Source: a virus (lineage: Duplodnaviria; Caudoviricetes). Taken from it: DNA of 36,124 bases. Where the stretch lies: the IMG/VR virus record IMGVR_UViG_3300027804_000127, positions 1-36,124 of that record, one strand, 5' to 3'. This document shows positions 9,484 to 17,682 of the stretch, piece after piece (position 1 is the first letter of the stretch; each line of letters opens with the position of its first letter). Under the pieces are notes generated by a model. The model ran no database searches. It was not told the DNA's origin and was given only the letters and a program-made list of their open reading frames with translations. A program made the position numbers and the translations under genes.

Positions 9484-10470
9484 TTAAATAAATTTCTCGA
9501 AAAGGGATGCGGCATCTTTGACGCTTCCAGTTTGTGCAAGACGCTTTTTTGCGTTATTTAAATCACTCGACTTAGAACTCACGCTACCTGCTGAACCAGG
9601 ACTGACCATCTTCGGGGCTTTTTTAATCTTTGCTTGGAATTCTGGACGTTTACTCATCATCTGGTCATACTTCCACGCCTTGTGGAGTGCAAGTAATGCC
9701 CGTGAATCTGTAATGCCGTTCAGTTCCTGCTCTGAAAAACCTAAATTCTGACCATATTCCATTAAAGCTTTGCCTTCTGCCTTGGCTTTTTCAGGAGAAC
9801 TCCATTCTGGAATTTTCTCTTTCAACCGAGACACCTCGGTAGCCATGACTTGTTGCAAAGTCTTTTGTAGTTCAGCTTGACGCATTTGATTAATACGCTG
9901 TTGCTCTGCTTGTACCGCATATACTTGTTGTTGCCTACGCTGATGTGATGTCCATTGACGGGCATACTCAGTTGGGTCTTCAACTTCTAAACGATTCCAA
10001 TCAGGCTCTGGCGGCTCAAACTCTTGCAGTTTTTGCTGTAATTGTCCTAATATCTGAGAGTATTGTTCACGCTCTCCACGTACTTGCTGAAACTCAGACT
10101 CGACTAATTTGCGCTCTTCTGCCAGTTTCTGCGTTTTCCGTGTGTAGTCAGCTTCACGTTGATAACCTCGGATAAGTTCATCCTTTGGGACTTCGATTTC
10201 TTTGCCATCAACTTTGACAACAAACTTCTCATCCCTAGGAGCTTCTTCTTCGTACTCTCCGTCTTCGCCTTCTACTTCTTCGGAAGATTCCTCTGTTTCA
10301 TCTTGCGTCTCCGCAGATTCCACTTCCTCAGACTCAGATTCGGGTTGCCCCTCCTCTGGTTGCGCCTCTGCACCAGTGTCAACACCCTCTTGGCTGTCTA
10401 GCATAGTAGCAAAGCTTTGCGCTGCTTGGTTTACTGTAATCGAACCGACTGCGTTTGCGTTATCGGACAT
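9484..10470 (-). CDS. Capsid scaffolding protein
   Basis: Acidic N-terminus, VKVDGKEIEV..DEL..GYQREADYTRKTQ, coiled coil, C-terminal RLAQTGSVKDAA; lies between portal and capsid. Confidence 0.85.
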   Translation of the reverse strand: MSDNANAVGSITVNQAAQSFATMLDSQEGVDTGAEAQPEEGQPESESEEVESAETQDETEESSEEVEGEDGEYEEEAPRDEKFVVKVDGKEIEVPKDELIRGYQREADYTRKTQKLAEERKLVESEFQQVRGEREQYSQILGQLQQKLQEFEPPEPDWNRLEVEDPTEYARQWTSHQRRQQQVYAVQAEQQRINQMRQAELQKTLQQVMATEVSRLKEKIPEWSSPEKAKAEGKALMEYGQNLGFSEQELNGITDSRALLALHKAWKYDQMMSKRPEFQAKIKKAPKMVSPGSAGSVSSKSSDLNNAKKRLAQTGSVKDAASLFEKFI

Positions 10471-10491
10471 ATTTACCTCTTAGTTTAACAA

Positions 10492-10764
10492 TCATTTGTT
10501 TGGGGGTCTTCCCCGTCTACGTACAAGGGCAACTTCTGCCATCTTGCCTGTATCCATGACAGAGCGTAGTTTTGCTCTCAGAATATCAACTGTCGTCAGA
10601 AGCAAGTAAGCTTGCTCTCTAACTGGTCCTTCCATTAACTTGGAAGAACGAATCTCACGATAACAGTCATCTTCTATTCGCTTAAGCATCTCATTAAGGA
10701 GTTCATCCTCAAGAAGTAACTTTGCTCTGTCTCCTCTTGCGAGGTTAATTTCTAGATCGTCCAT
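10492..10764 (-). CDS. Small helical head-module protein with C-terminal AT-hook-like motif
   Basis: 90 aa between portal and scaffold; ends RRRGRPPNK. Confidence 0.6.
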   Translation of the reverse strand: MDDLEINLARGDRAKLLLEDELLNEMLKRIEDDCYREIRSSKLMEGPVREQAYLLLTTVDILRAKLRSVMDTGKMAEVALVRRRGRPPNK

Positions 10765-12918
10765 TTACATCATTGGTTGGGGCTGTTGAGGGACTTGCGT
10801 CTGATTCATTGCAGCCTGTTGACGGATTAATTCTCGGTCTGTATTCATTGCGGCATTTATTTCTGCGCTTTGAATTTGTACACCATATTTCAATTCTAGC
10901 TCATATCTACGCAAAATACCATCTTGTTCAATTTTATCTCTCTCACGATCATCATCCATAATCATTTTCTGACGCTGCAAATCCAATTCAGCGGCTTTCT
11001 TTTCAATATCAGCCTGAATTGATTGAGCTTGGACTTGAGCAAGCACTTCCTCTGGAGATAGCTTTGGTGGGGGTGGTTCTGGCAATTGGAAGTCAACAGG
11101 CAACTGGTTAAAGTAATTCTGAGAATCCTTGATCGATGCCAACTGAAGCAGCTTAGTTAATGTGTTTGTGTACTGTGGCAAAGAAACAATAGGATTATTA
11201 GGTCCTGTTTCTTTAATCAGCATTTCCTGACGCATTGCTACTTGGTTCAAAATATTAATTCTGTCTTCAAGAGTGCCATCACCTACGCCCACATTAACTA
11301 TTACATCCATCTTGGCATCCCAAGAACGGGGGTCAATTGGCACGAATGTATTACGCAAACGAACCATACGGGCTTTATCTTGATTCTCAATAACGAGCTT
11401 CAAAATACCAGTAAACAACTTACGTAAACCAGTTTCAGCAAAGGTACGAGCAATCATCTCAATGTGCTGATGGGCGGCATTAACTGTTGCGGATACTGCG
11501 GCCTTGGTAGTGCTTTGCAATGCGTCTGCATCTAAACCTGCTGCTGCCTTAGAAATGCCTGTACGGGTCTGTTTAATGTCATCCAAGTAGTCAAGCATTG
11601 GGAACGCTGCCTGACCAACAAATGGAGTAGTGAATGGCTGAACCATGCCTGGCGCTCTCATACGAATCACAGCACCAACTTCAGTATTCAGCACATCATC
11701 CATGTTGGCTTGACCCTCAACAATCGCTGTGCGAGGGTTAATAGCTTGAGCCAAAGAGTCTAGGATGCCACGTTGGACACTTGATTTGATGCGCTGAATA
11801 TCCATGACCACATCAGCAGGACACATACCAAAAAAGGTATGGGGTTCTGGATCAGGGCAAAAGTCAGCAAACTGTCGTTCAGCAACAATCTCATTACGCA
11901 TTACTTTATTGCCAGTGCCAACTGTGCAAATTCTACGCATCTCAGCAATGCCATCGCCATCAAAGTCTACCTTTAAGTAGCCTTCAATGTATAAAACACT
12001 CTTGCTTGATGGATCGCCATTGTTTGCAGTACTGATAACGGCAAACGGGTTACGGGCGGTATATTCTTCATTGTTGTCAAAGTCATTGCCATTACCTGCA
12101 ACTTCAACCATTTCATCATAGTCATAGCCCATTGCGACTAGATCGGAAACAGTCTTCATAGTCCTGTGGCCTACAAAAGTAGCCTCATCAATGGACTTTG
12201 CTCTGCGGTCAATCAAGAACTCTTCAGGTGGCAGAGCTTCAATCTTTACCTTGCCAGATTTTATTCTACGCTTGATCTCCACATCGTACATCATGGGAGG
12301 TGGAATCATAATGCCTTGGGCATCATTCATTGGCTGAGTGCCAGGAACTGGATACTCACGTACGGCAGAAATCTCAATGTCTGGGTCTTGAGTCAAGAAC
12401 ATCATTGTCTGCTCATCAAGCATAGAGAAAGACTCTGCTTTTACTTCTACAGACTCATCCCACCAGTACTTAACAATACCTACCTTGCGTACCAAAGCAT
12501 CTTTAAATGCCGAATGCAGAATCTTAAAACCTTGGTTATCACGCTTGAAAATAAAGTCTACATAGTCTGTAGCTTGTTCAGCAGACTGAACATCTTCTGG
12601 TCCTTGGGGTGCAAACTCAACCACACGTTCTGGGCCAAAGAAAATACGCATCAGGCTTGGCAGAATGCCTTGTACAGTATCCCGAACATCCATTGACACT
12701 ACTTGTGAGCGACCATCTTCTTCGTTACCAAAGGGTAGGCCATAGTAGTATTCAGTAGCCAATGCTCGGTTGTGACCAATGTCATCATCAATGAAAGAAA
12801 TTGCGTCATAAATTTCAGCAGAAACAACGCCTTGAAGCTCTTCTTCAGACATTACCTCATCTTCTTGCATCTCGCCTTGCAAGGTTTCAGCCATCAACAT
12901 TGGGTTTTCTTGTTTCAT
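10765..12918 (-). CDS. Portal protein (P22/SU10-like)
   Basis: 717 aa; YYYG.PFGNE..GRSQVVS.DVRDTV...AEQATDYV...GIVKYWWD...PPEEF; C-terminal Gln-rich helical barrel. Confidence 0.9.
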   Translation of the reverse strand: MKQENPMLMAETLQGEMQEDEVMSEEELQGVVSAEIYDAISFIDDDIGHNRALATEYYYGLPFGNEEDGRSQVVSMDVRDTVQGILPSLMRIFFGPERVVEFAPQGPEDVQSAEQATDYVDFIFKRDNQGFKILHSAFKDALVRKVGIVKYWWDESVEVKAESFSMLDEQTMMFLTQDPDIEISAVREYPVPGTQPMNDAQGIMIPPPMMYDVEIKRRIKSGKVKIEALPPEEFLIDRRAKSIDEATFVGHRTMKTVSDLVAMGYDYDEMVEVAGNGNDFDNNEEYTARNPFAVISTANNGDPSSKSVLYIEGYLKVDFDGDGIAEMRRICTVGTGNKVMRNEIVAERQFADFCPDPEPHTFFGMCPADVVMDIQRIKSSVQRGILDSLAQAINPRTAIVEGQANMDDVLNTEVGAVIRMRAPGMVQPFTTPFVGQAAFPMLDYLDDIKQTRTGISKAAAGLDADALQSTTKAAVSATVNAAHQHIEMIARTFAETGLRKLFTGILKLVIENQDKARMVRLRNTFVPIDPRSWDAKMDVIVNVGVGDGTLEDRINILNQVAMRQEMLIKETGPNNPIVSLPQYTNTLTKLLQLASIKDSQNYFNQLPVDFQLPEPPPPKLSPEEVLAQVQAQSIQADIEKKAAELDLQRQKMIMDDDRERDKIEQDGILRRYELELKYGVQIQSAEINAAMNTDRELIRQQAAMNQTQVPQQPQPMM

Positions 12919-12927
12919 TTTTATTCC

Positions 12928-13320
12928 TTATCGTGAGCCAATGTAGGGAAGAAGTCCTTGTGATGCGCCACCATAGCCTTGGAGTAGTGATGGGATGCCA
13001 CCAACATAATTGCTACCCATACCACCACCCATACGAAATTGTTGAGGAGCCATCATTTGCTCATCTTGTTGACCTTGGGGGCTAAAAGCATATTTGTATG
13101 CGCCTGACAACATATCGCCAGCAGTAGCATTGGGGGTTGTCATAGTGTTATAGGCTTGCATTGTTGGTGCAATAGCTTGGTTGCCCATCCCACCAATAGT
13201 GCTTCCTAAACTTTCCATCGCAGTTGGAGGAGCCATACCGCCAGAGGCAACTGCTTCCGACATACCTGCTTCAGCAGTAGGTAAAAAAGATTCCATTAAT
13301 GCAGCTAAAAAGGCTTCCAT
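12928..13320 (-). CDS. Low-complexity Met/Gly/Ala/Gln-rich hypothetical protein
   Basis: 130-aa ORF in the operon; GAGG lies upstream within the previous gene. Confidence 0.55.
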   Translation of the reverse strand: MEAFLAALMESFLPTAEAGMSEAVASGGMAPPTAMESLGSTIGGMGNQAIAPTMQAYNTMTTPNATAGDMLSGAYKYAFSPQGQQDEQMMAPQQFRMGGGMGSNYVGGIPSLLQGYGGASQGLLPYIGSR

Positions 13321-13770
13321 TTAATCTTCCTCATCTTCCATATCGTATTCAGTCTTAGCCATCATCAACATATTCTGCTGATTCTTGGTCATCTTCTTGG
13401 TTATTGGGCCACCAGATAGCCATGCTGAACAAGTACGTGCGCCAGCACACTTAAAGTCAAACAACTCGCAATAACCAAGATTTGCCGCACCTTGGACATC
13501 TTTAGCAAAGCCATCAGTTTCTTCATCAATACCTTTCAGAATGCAGTCAAGCATTTCAGGGGTTTGGATAAAGGCAGCGCAGTTACCGCAACGCATCTCT
13601 TGAACTTCATCAATAGATACTGACCACATATCAGCTAGGTTCTGCCAGTACTCTTCGTTATCTTCTTCTGGGTTAGCAGGACCATAGTCAACATTCTTGA
13701 TCGCCCAATTACGATTCTTTAAGTTGAACTTAATGTCATAGGTTGCGGTTGGGCAGTTCATAGTTACCAT
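13321..13770 (-). CDS. Cys-rich metal-binding protein, HiPIP-like motif
   Basis: RCGNCAAF-...-GYCELFDFKCAGARTCSAW. The HiPIP resemblance is recognised by eye only. Confidence 0.55.
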   Translation of the reverse strand: MVTMNCPTATYDIKFNLKNRNWAIKNVDYGPANPEEDNEEYWQNLADMWSVSIDEVQEMRCGNCAAFIQTPEMLDCILKGIDEETDGFAKDVQGAANLGYCELFDFKCAGARTCSAWLSGGPITKKMTKNQQNMLMMAKTEYDMEDEED

Positions 13771-14015
13771 TTAACCTTATTTGCCCAGAACGCTGCACTC
13801 ATCTTGCCTTTGGCAATATTCTGAGCATGACGGGCTTTAAATGCTTCGTTTCTTTTAGATCCATCGGGACTACCAGAAACACCTTGTTGACCAAAGCGAA
13901 TTAACTTCACATCGTCACCAGACTTAGCCAATACAGCATGGCTTTTCTTTGGGTGGTTAGGAGTTTTCTTTGGCTTGTTGTAGCCAGAGAACTCTTCTGA
14001 ACCACGCTTAATCAT
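13764..14015 (-). CDS. Small basic hypothetical protein
   Basis: 83 aa, Lys-rich; KLIRFGQQG...FKARH...SAAFWANKVKW. Confidence 0.7.
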   Translation of the reverse strand: MIKRGSEEFSGYNKPKKTPNHPKKSHAVLAKSGDDVKLIRFGQQGVSGSPDGSKRNEAFKARHAQNIAKGKMSAAFWANKVKW

Positions 14016-14158
14016 TTCTTTTTAGCAGTCTTAGCCGCTTGCTTAAAGTCTTTAGCAGTAGGAGCGCCTTTAGTGCCAGGCTTGCGCATCTTTTCTTTAG
14101 AGCCAGCTTTAATTCGTTCTTGTTTGGCATTGATATTGGCATATAAACCTTGTTTCAT
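14012..14158 (-). CDS. Small highly basic protein (48 aa, not in ORF track)
   Basis: MKQGLYANINAKQERIKAGSKEKMRKPGTKGAPTAKDFKQAAKTAKKK; ATGA overlaps at both ends. Confidence 0.75.
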   Translation of the reverse strand: MKQGLYANINAKQERIKAGSKEKMRKPGTKGAPTAKDFKQAAKTAKKK

Positions 14159-14475
14159 AGTAACTCCGTAACGCTGATTGTTGAACCAGTAACTGTTGCG
14201 TCTTTAATAAGAGCAATCTTGTCACCAGAGGCAACGGCAAATATCTCGCTAGTATTTGCTGGAATCAGCATACTGGTAGTGACAGTTGCGGTTGGAGCAG
14301 ATCCAAACGAAACATAACAATGACCTAAAGAGCAAGCTACCCGAACATGGGTTGTACTTGCGGCAAAAGCAGTACTGGCGGCAGTTGTATTACCTGCGGC
14401 AATTACTTGACTAGTTCCAATCCTAAAAACATTAGGAATGGTATTTCCATTGTTATCTCTTGTTAAGAAAGCCAT
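14155..14475 (-). CDS. Small beta-rich virion-like protein (possible head decoration)
   Basis: 106 aa, Thr/Ala-rich, ends TISVTELL; AAGGAG RBS. Confidence 0.55.
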   Translation of the reverse strand: MAFLTRDNNGNTIPNVFRIGTSQVIAAGNTTAASTAFAASTTHVRVACSLGHCYVSFGSAPTATVTTSMLIPANTSEIFAVASGDKIALIKDATVTGSTISVTELL

Positions 14476-14489
14476 GATTACTCCTTAGT

Positions 14490-14675
14490 TTATTTCTTAC
14501 TGCGGTTAGTAGCAGTTCTACCACCACGTTTGGGCATAGAACGGGACTCGCTCATTGCGATAGCGACTGCTTGGTCACGGGATTTAACCTTGTCACCAGA
14601 GGAAGACTTGAGCTTGCCTCGCTTGTATTCGCCCATTACCTTGCCAATTTTCTTGGCTGCATCATCCATTTTCAT
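14490..14675 (-). CDS. Small basic protein (resembles DUF6496-type proteins)
   Basis: KVMGEYKRGKLKSSSGDKVKSRDQAVAIAMSE; AGGAG RBS. Family name is from recollection. Confidence 0.6.
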   Translation of the reverse strand: MKMDDAAKKIGKVMGEYKRGKLKSSSGDKVKSRDQAVAIAMSESRSMPKRGGRTATNRSKK

Positions 14676-14720
14676 AGGGATCTCCTAAAAGGTTTGTCAA
14701 TACTACCATATTGTGTTAAT

Positions 14721-14752
14721 AAAAAAAAGAGCTACTTTTTTAGGGTAGCTCT
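14721..14752 (-). terminator. Rho-independent terminator after terL
   Basis: Minus strand reads AGAGCTAC-cctaaaaaa-GTAGCTCT followed by a T-run. Confidence 0.75.
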
Positions 14753-14768
14753 AAAATGGCAACGGCAA

Positions 14769-16175
14769 TCAGACCAAGCCTCGGATCAACCTTTTGATCG
14801 GCTTACCCCAAGAAAGGTTAGACCCCCAAGAGATGGTGGCGGCATCTGAGGCAAATGTCAAGACAAATGCGTCAGCCATGTCAGGAGATTTAAGTCCCCT
14901 ACGTCTAATATCATCTTTGGATTCAATCTTTATCTTGCCGTTGGATGTAAAGGTGTACCTTACAGTCGCCAGTTCAGCAATGAAGTCTTCGTTATTGGGT
15001 ATCTTACAGTCACGTTTTTCAAGCCAAGCCTTGGTTTTATGCCAGAGTTCTGCTCTCAGGTTGAGATACGTGCCGCCCATAGCGGGGCTTTCGGACACAT
15101 TAATCCCACGACAGGGCAACTTTAGTTCTCTTAGTCGGTCAACAACACCTGCTCCTAGGCCAATAGAGTCAACCAGAATCTCTGCGGGTCTACTCTTGTG
15201 GTCACAGGCTTCGTATTGGGCGACTACTGCACCTGTTAACTGCATCAGATCCAAGTTCCTCCACCTCTCAAGAGTGTGTACAACATTAGACTGACGTTTA
15301 CATAGAACTGAAGAGTCGGAGCCAAAACGTGCCACATCGAGTCCCCAAATGATCGGAGCATCTTCATAAGCTCTTGTGTCCCTGTGTTTGGCAGACTCAA
15401 GTAGTTCCATAGGGATAATCGTGTCATCATCGCTTCTTGGAAACTCACCCAGAACCCTGATCCTGTAAGCGTTACTTTCCTCGCCATAGCGAGATTTCAT
15501 GTCTTCTACGTACTCTTTACTCACCCTAGTAGAGTCAATACAGGATACTCTCTTAGTCCACCACTCATCTTTGAGCCGATTATGGGTGTCAAAGAAGAAG
15601 CCAGAACTACGTACAGGGTTGCCCAACAGGATGGTTAAAGCGTTGTGGCCTGACATAGAACCAGCAGCAGCCTCGAATACTGCCTCTGGGACACCAGAAG
15701 CCTCATCCGCAACCAACATGACGTTCTCAGAGTGGACACCTTGGAGGGCTTCGGGCTGTTCAGCACGAGAAGTCCTTGCAGAGATGAACGCCTCGGTAGC
15801 GGAAGCCTTTAGCTCGATTCTCTCTTGTTTGACATCGAGTAGGTCCTGAATCGGTTGGGGTAGTTCTTTAACCCACCTTTTAAGCTCGGCAAACAAAGCA
15901 TCATAAAGTTGGGCAGAAGTAGGGGCAGTGACCACTACCTTTACGGGATACCTGGTCAACAAGAACCATAGCATTGCCCAAGAAGCGGTGGTTGACTTTC
16001 CCACTCCGTGACCAGAACGGATGGAGATCTTTCGCTCACCAGAGGCCACAGCGTTCAGAAAGTCTTGTTGCCAATCATCAGGCTCTACCCCTAAGACCTC
16101 TTTAACGAACAGAACAGGGTCATTCCTGTATAGGGTAATAAACTGGATAAACGGGTTATGTGCCATTGTTTTCAA
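14769..16175 (-). CDS. terL: Terminase large subunit
   Basis: Walker A RSGHGVGKS, Walker B LVADEASG, coupling motif GNP, nuclease GLDVARFGSD and SPDMADA. The start may be 16166. Confidence 0.95.
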   Translation of the reverse strand: MKTMAHNPFIQFITLYRNDPVLFVKEVLGVEPDDWQQDFLNAVASGERKISIRSGHGVGKSTTASWAMLWFLLTRYPVKVVVTAPTSAQLYDALFAELKRWVKELPQPIQDLLDVKQERIELKASATEAFISARTSRAEQPEALQGVHSENVMLVADEASGVPEAVFEAAAGSMSGHNALTILLGNPVRSSGFFFDTHNRLKDEWWTKRVSCIDSTRVSKEYVEDMKSRYGEESNAYRIRVLGEFPRSDDDTIIPMELLESAKHRDTRAYEDAPIIWGLDVARFGSDSSVLCKRQSNVVHTLERWRNLDLMQLTGAVVAQYEACDHKSRPAEILVDSIGLGAGVVDRLRELKLPCRGINVSESPAMGGTYLNLRAELWHKTKAWLEKRDCKIPNNEDFIAELATVRYTFTSNGKIKIESKDDIRRRGLKSPDMADAFVLTFASDAATISWGSNLSWGKPIKRLIRGLV

Positions 16176-16602
16176 TCACAACATCAGCCTTACCCATGTG
16201 TTTAAGAGCTTGGAGGTGTAGATCACCCAAAGAGATATTGACTTGGGTCTTAGCGGTGTCACCATAGTTCTCAGGATCAAGCTTAGAAGCCATCCACTTC
16301 CTTGTATCGACTTGGAGTCTGGCTTTGTTAACTCCACTGTTACTTGTCTCATCTGCTTGGTCAGCAATGTCTAAAGCCTCTTCTGCCAGTTTCTCAGCCT
16401 TTAGCTTCCTAGCAGCGAGTACCGCATCTCTACGCTCATCAGTATGGTTGATCCAGAAAGAAAGCATGGGCCTAGAACACTCTATGAACTCAGCCAAGCG
16501 TCCTATGGTCATTCCTTGGCTAATGTGAGCTGTTACGAATTCTATCCCTCCAAGCTCTTCTATCTTCTTCTCCAACGCTCTCCTCATAGGAAATCCTGCC
16601 AT
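16156..16602 (-). CDS. terS: Terminase small subunit (Sf6 gp1-like)
   Basis: N-terminal HTH-like region; LAEEALDIAD...VNKARLQVDTRKWMASKL.P..YGD; directly upstream of terL; AGGAG RBS. Confidence 0.85.
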   Translation of the reverse strand: MAGFPMRRALEKKIEELGGIEFVTAHISQGMTIGRLAEFIECSRPMLSFWINHTDERRDAVLAARKLKAEKLAEEALDIADQADETSNSGVNKARLQVDTRKWMASKLDPENYGDTAKTQVNISLGDLHLQALKHMGKADVVIENNGT

Positions 16603-16768
16603 ATCTTCTCCTTGATTTAATGGTTACAAATTCTAAACTATAAAAAAATTTTTTGGAGGGTTCTTTTGTGGTTGCAGGGAGGGGGTAGGGGGGTCTTAGC
16701 TTTGATTGTTGATTCGATGTGTGTAGATGTCCCCTGTCACAGCGCCCCCTCCGATTTACACAAGGGGG

Positions 16769-16856
16769 GGGTAAACCCTTACTGGTAAACCCTACCCTTA
16801 CGTACTAACCCTAATAGGGTAAACCCTTAGGTAGAAACCCTATGAGGGTAAACCCT
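16769..16856. repeat. Tandem array of (A)GGGTAAACCCT palindromic sites
   Basis: Full or near-full copies at 16769, 16784, 16816 and 16845; half-copies at 16807 and 16835. ACCCT cores at 16775, 16789, 16808, 16823, 16837 and 16852. Confidence 0.9.
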
Positions 16857-16875
16857 ACTGTCTATCCATACAGTA
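16856..16875. promoter_or_regulatory. LexA (SOS) box
   Basis: TACTGTCTATCCATACAGTA vs the consensus TACTG(TA)5CAGTA; both 5-bp arms are perfect with N10 spacing. Confidence 0.85.
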
Positions 16876-16890
16876 CCTGGTGCAAACGCA

Positions 16891-16909
16891 AATGAGAATG
16901 ATTCGCATT
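16891..16909. promoter_or_regulatory. Fur-type box
   Basis: AATGAGAATGATTCGCATT is a 9-1-9 inverted repeat with one mismatch, matching the AATGATAATNATTATCATT form of the Fur site. Confidence 0.7.
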
Positions 16910-17178
16910 CGCATCTTGTCTCATGTGTGCAAGGGGATAGCTTGTGCCAATGTGCAAAGAGCTTCTAATTAGGTTTCTAGGTCTATGCTTATCAATGCTC
17001 TTATCTTGTCTCTATCCCTTGTCTACCCTATATGCTCACCTTATCTATCCCTTATGACATTAGAAGCCCTTGTGCTGGGTTATCCCTTTCTTTTCTTTTC
17101 TTAATTGTAGCTACAAAATCAAACTGAGAACCTATGTTCTAAGGGTTTCTACTGATAGGGTTTTGGAGGGGTCAATAG

Positions 17179-17191
17179 AATCAACAACTTG
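17179..17191 (+). promoter_or_regulatory. IHF consensus site
   Basis: AATCAACAACTTG is an exact match to WATCAANNNNTTR. Confidence 0.6.
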
Positions 17192-17197
17192 CGAGAG

Positions 17198-17214
17198 TTG
17201 GCACGATTCTTTTA
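17198..17214 (+). promoter_or_regulatory. sigma54-like -24 element with degenerate -12
   Basis: TTGGCACGATTCTTTTA vs TGGCACG-N4-TTGC: the -24 and TT match, but the GC at -12 is missing. Confidence 0.4.
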
Positions 17215-17278
17215 TGCTCTATATGTGAGAGGGTAGATTTTTACTCTCTCTCTTATCAACTCTTAATAGGTGTCAACA

Positions 17279-17488
17279 ATGAGAAATTATCCAAACATTG
17301 AACGATCGGCCTTTCGTAAAGGTGAATATGTGGGCTATTGTGAGGGCAAAGTCTATCGGATAAGCAAAACTAATAGCAGCTTTGGTACATGGTTTGCCCA
17401 TGATCGGGATAACTATAACGATCAAATTTTTGCTTTTGGCCTTGAGTCTATGTCTATCAAATTGCAAGCAAAAGAGGTGACGGCATGA
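17279..17488 (+). CDS. Early hypothetical protein
   Basis: MRNYPNIERSAFRKGEYVGY...; TAGGTG RBS before the ATG at 17279; ATGA coupling to the next gene. Confidence 0.7.
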   Translation: MRNYPNIERSAFRKGEYVGYCEGKVYRISKTNSSFGTWFAHDRDNYNDQIFAFGLESMSIKLQAKEVTA

Positions 17489-17682
17489 GGTTCGCATTTA
17501 TTCCTAAAGGTCAATACAAAATCGGTCAAGTCATTAAGGTGCAAGGGCGATCAATGCGTGTTGAAAGTTACACACATACAGGCCGTAACCTTATTGCTTG
17601 CACATTAGACGGCTCTCCAAAGTTTGAGCGCATCGCTTGCATTTGCACAGATTCTCCCGCTATTGAGGGAATCACAGCATGA
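17485..17682 (+). CDS. Early hypothetical protein
   Basis: 65 aa; GAGGTG RBS; ATGA overlaps. Confidence 0.7.
   Translation: MRFAFIPKGQYKIGQVIKVQGRSMRVESYTHTGRNLIACTLDGSPKFERIACICTDSPAIEGITA

Noticed and set aside
14701-14716. NrdR-like box (ACACAATATGGTAGTA on the minus strand)
   Set aside because: Only one half matches; more likely part of a late promoter.
1938-16528. Numerous plus-strand and alternate-frame ORFs over the structural genes (e.g. 2503-2685 poly-Pro, 5607-6146, 12166-12696, 14794-15294, 4439-4786)
   Set aside because: Shadows of biased-codon genes (poly-Pro mirrors poly-Gly); no RBS or protein motifs.
16726-16745. Pho box (CTGTCAC)
   Set aside because: Single half-site without the 11-bp direct repeat.
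16769-16856. CRISPR mini-array
   Set aside because: Units are ~12 bp with gaps of only a few bases; there are no spacer-length unique sequences and no cas genes.
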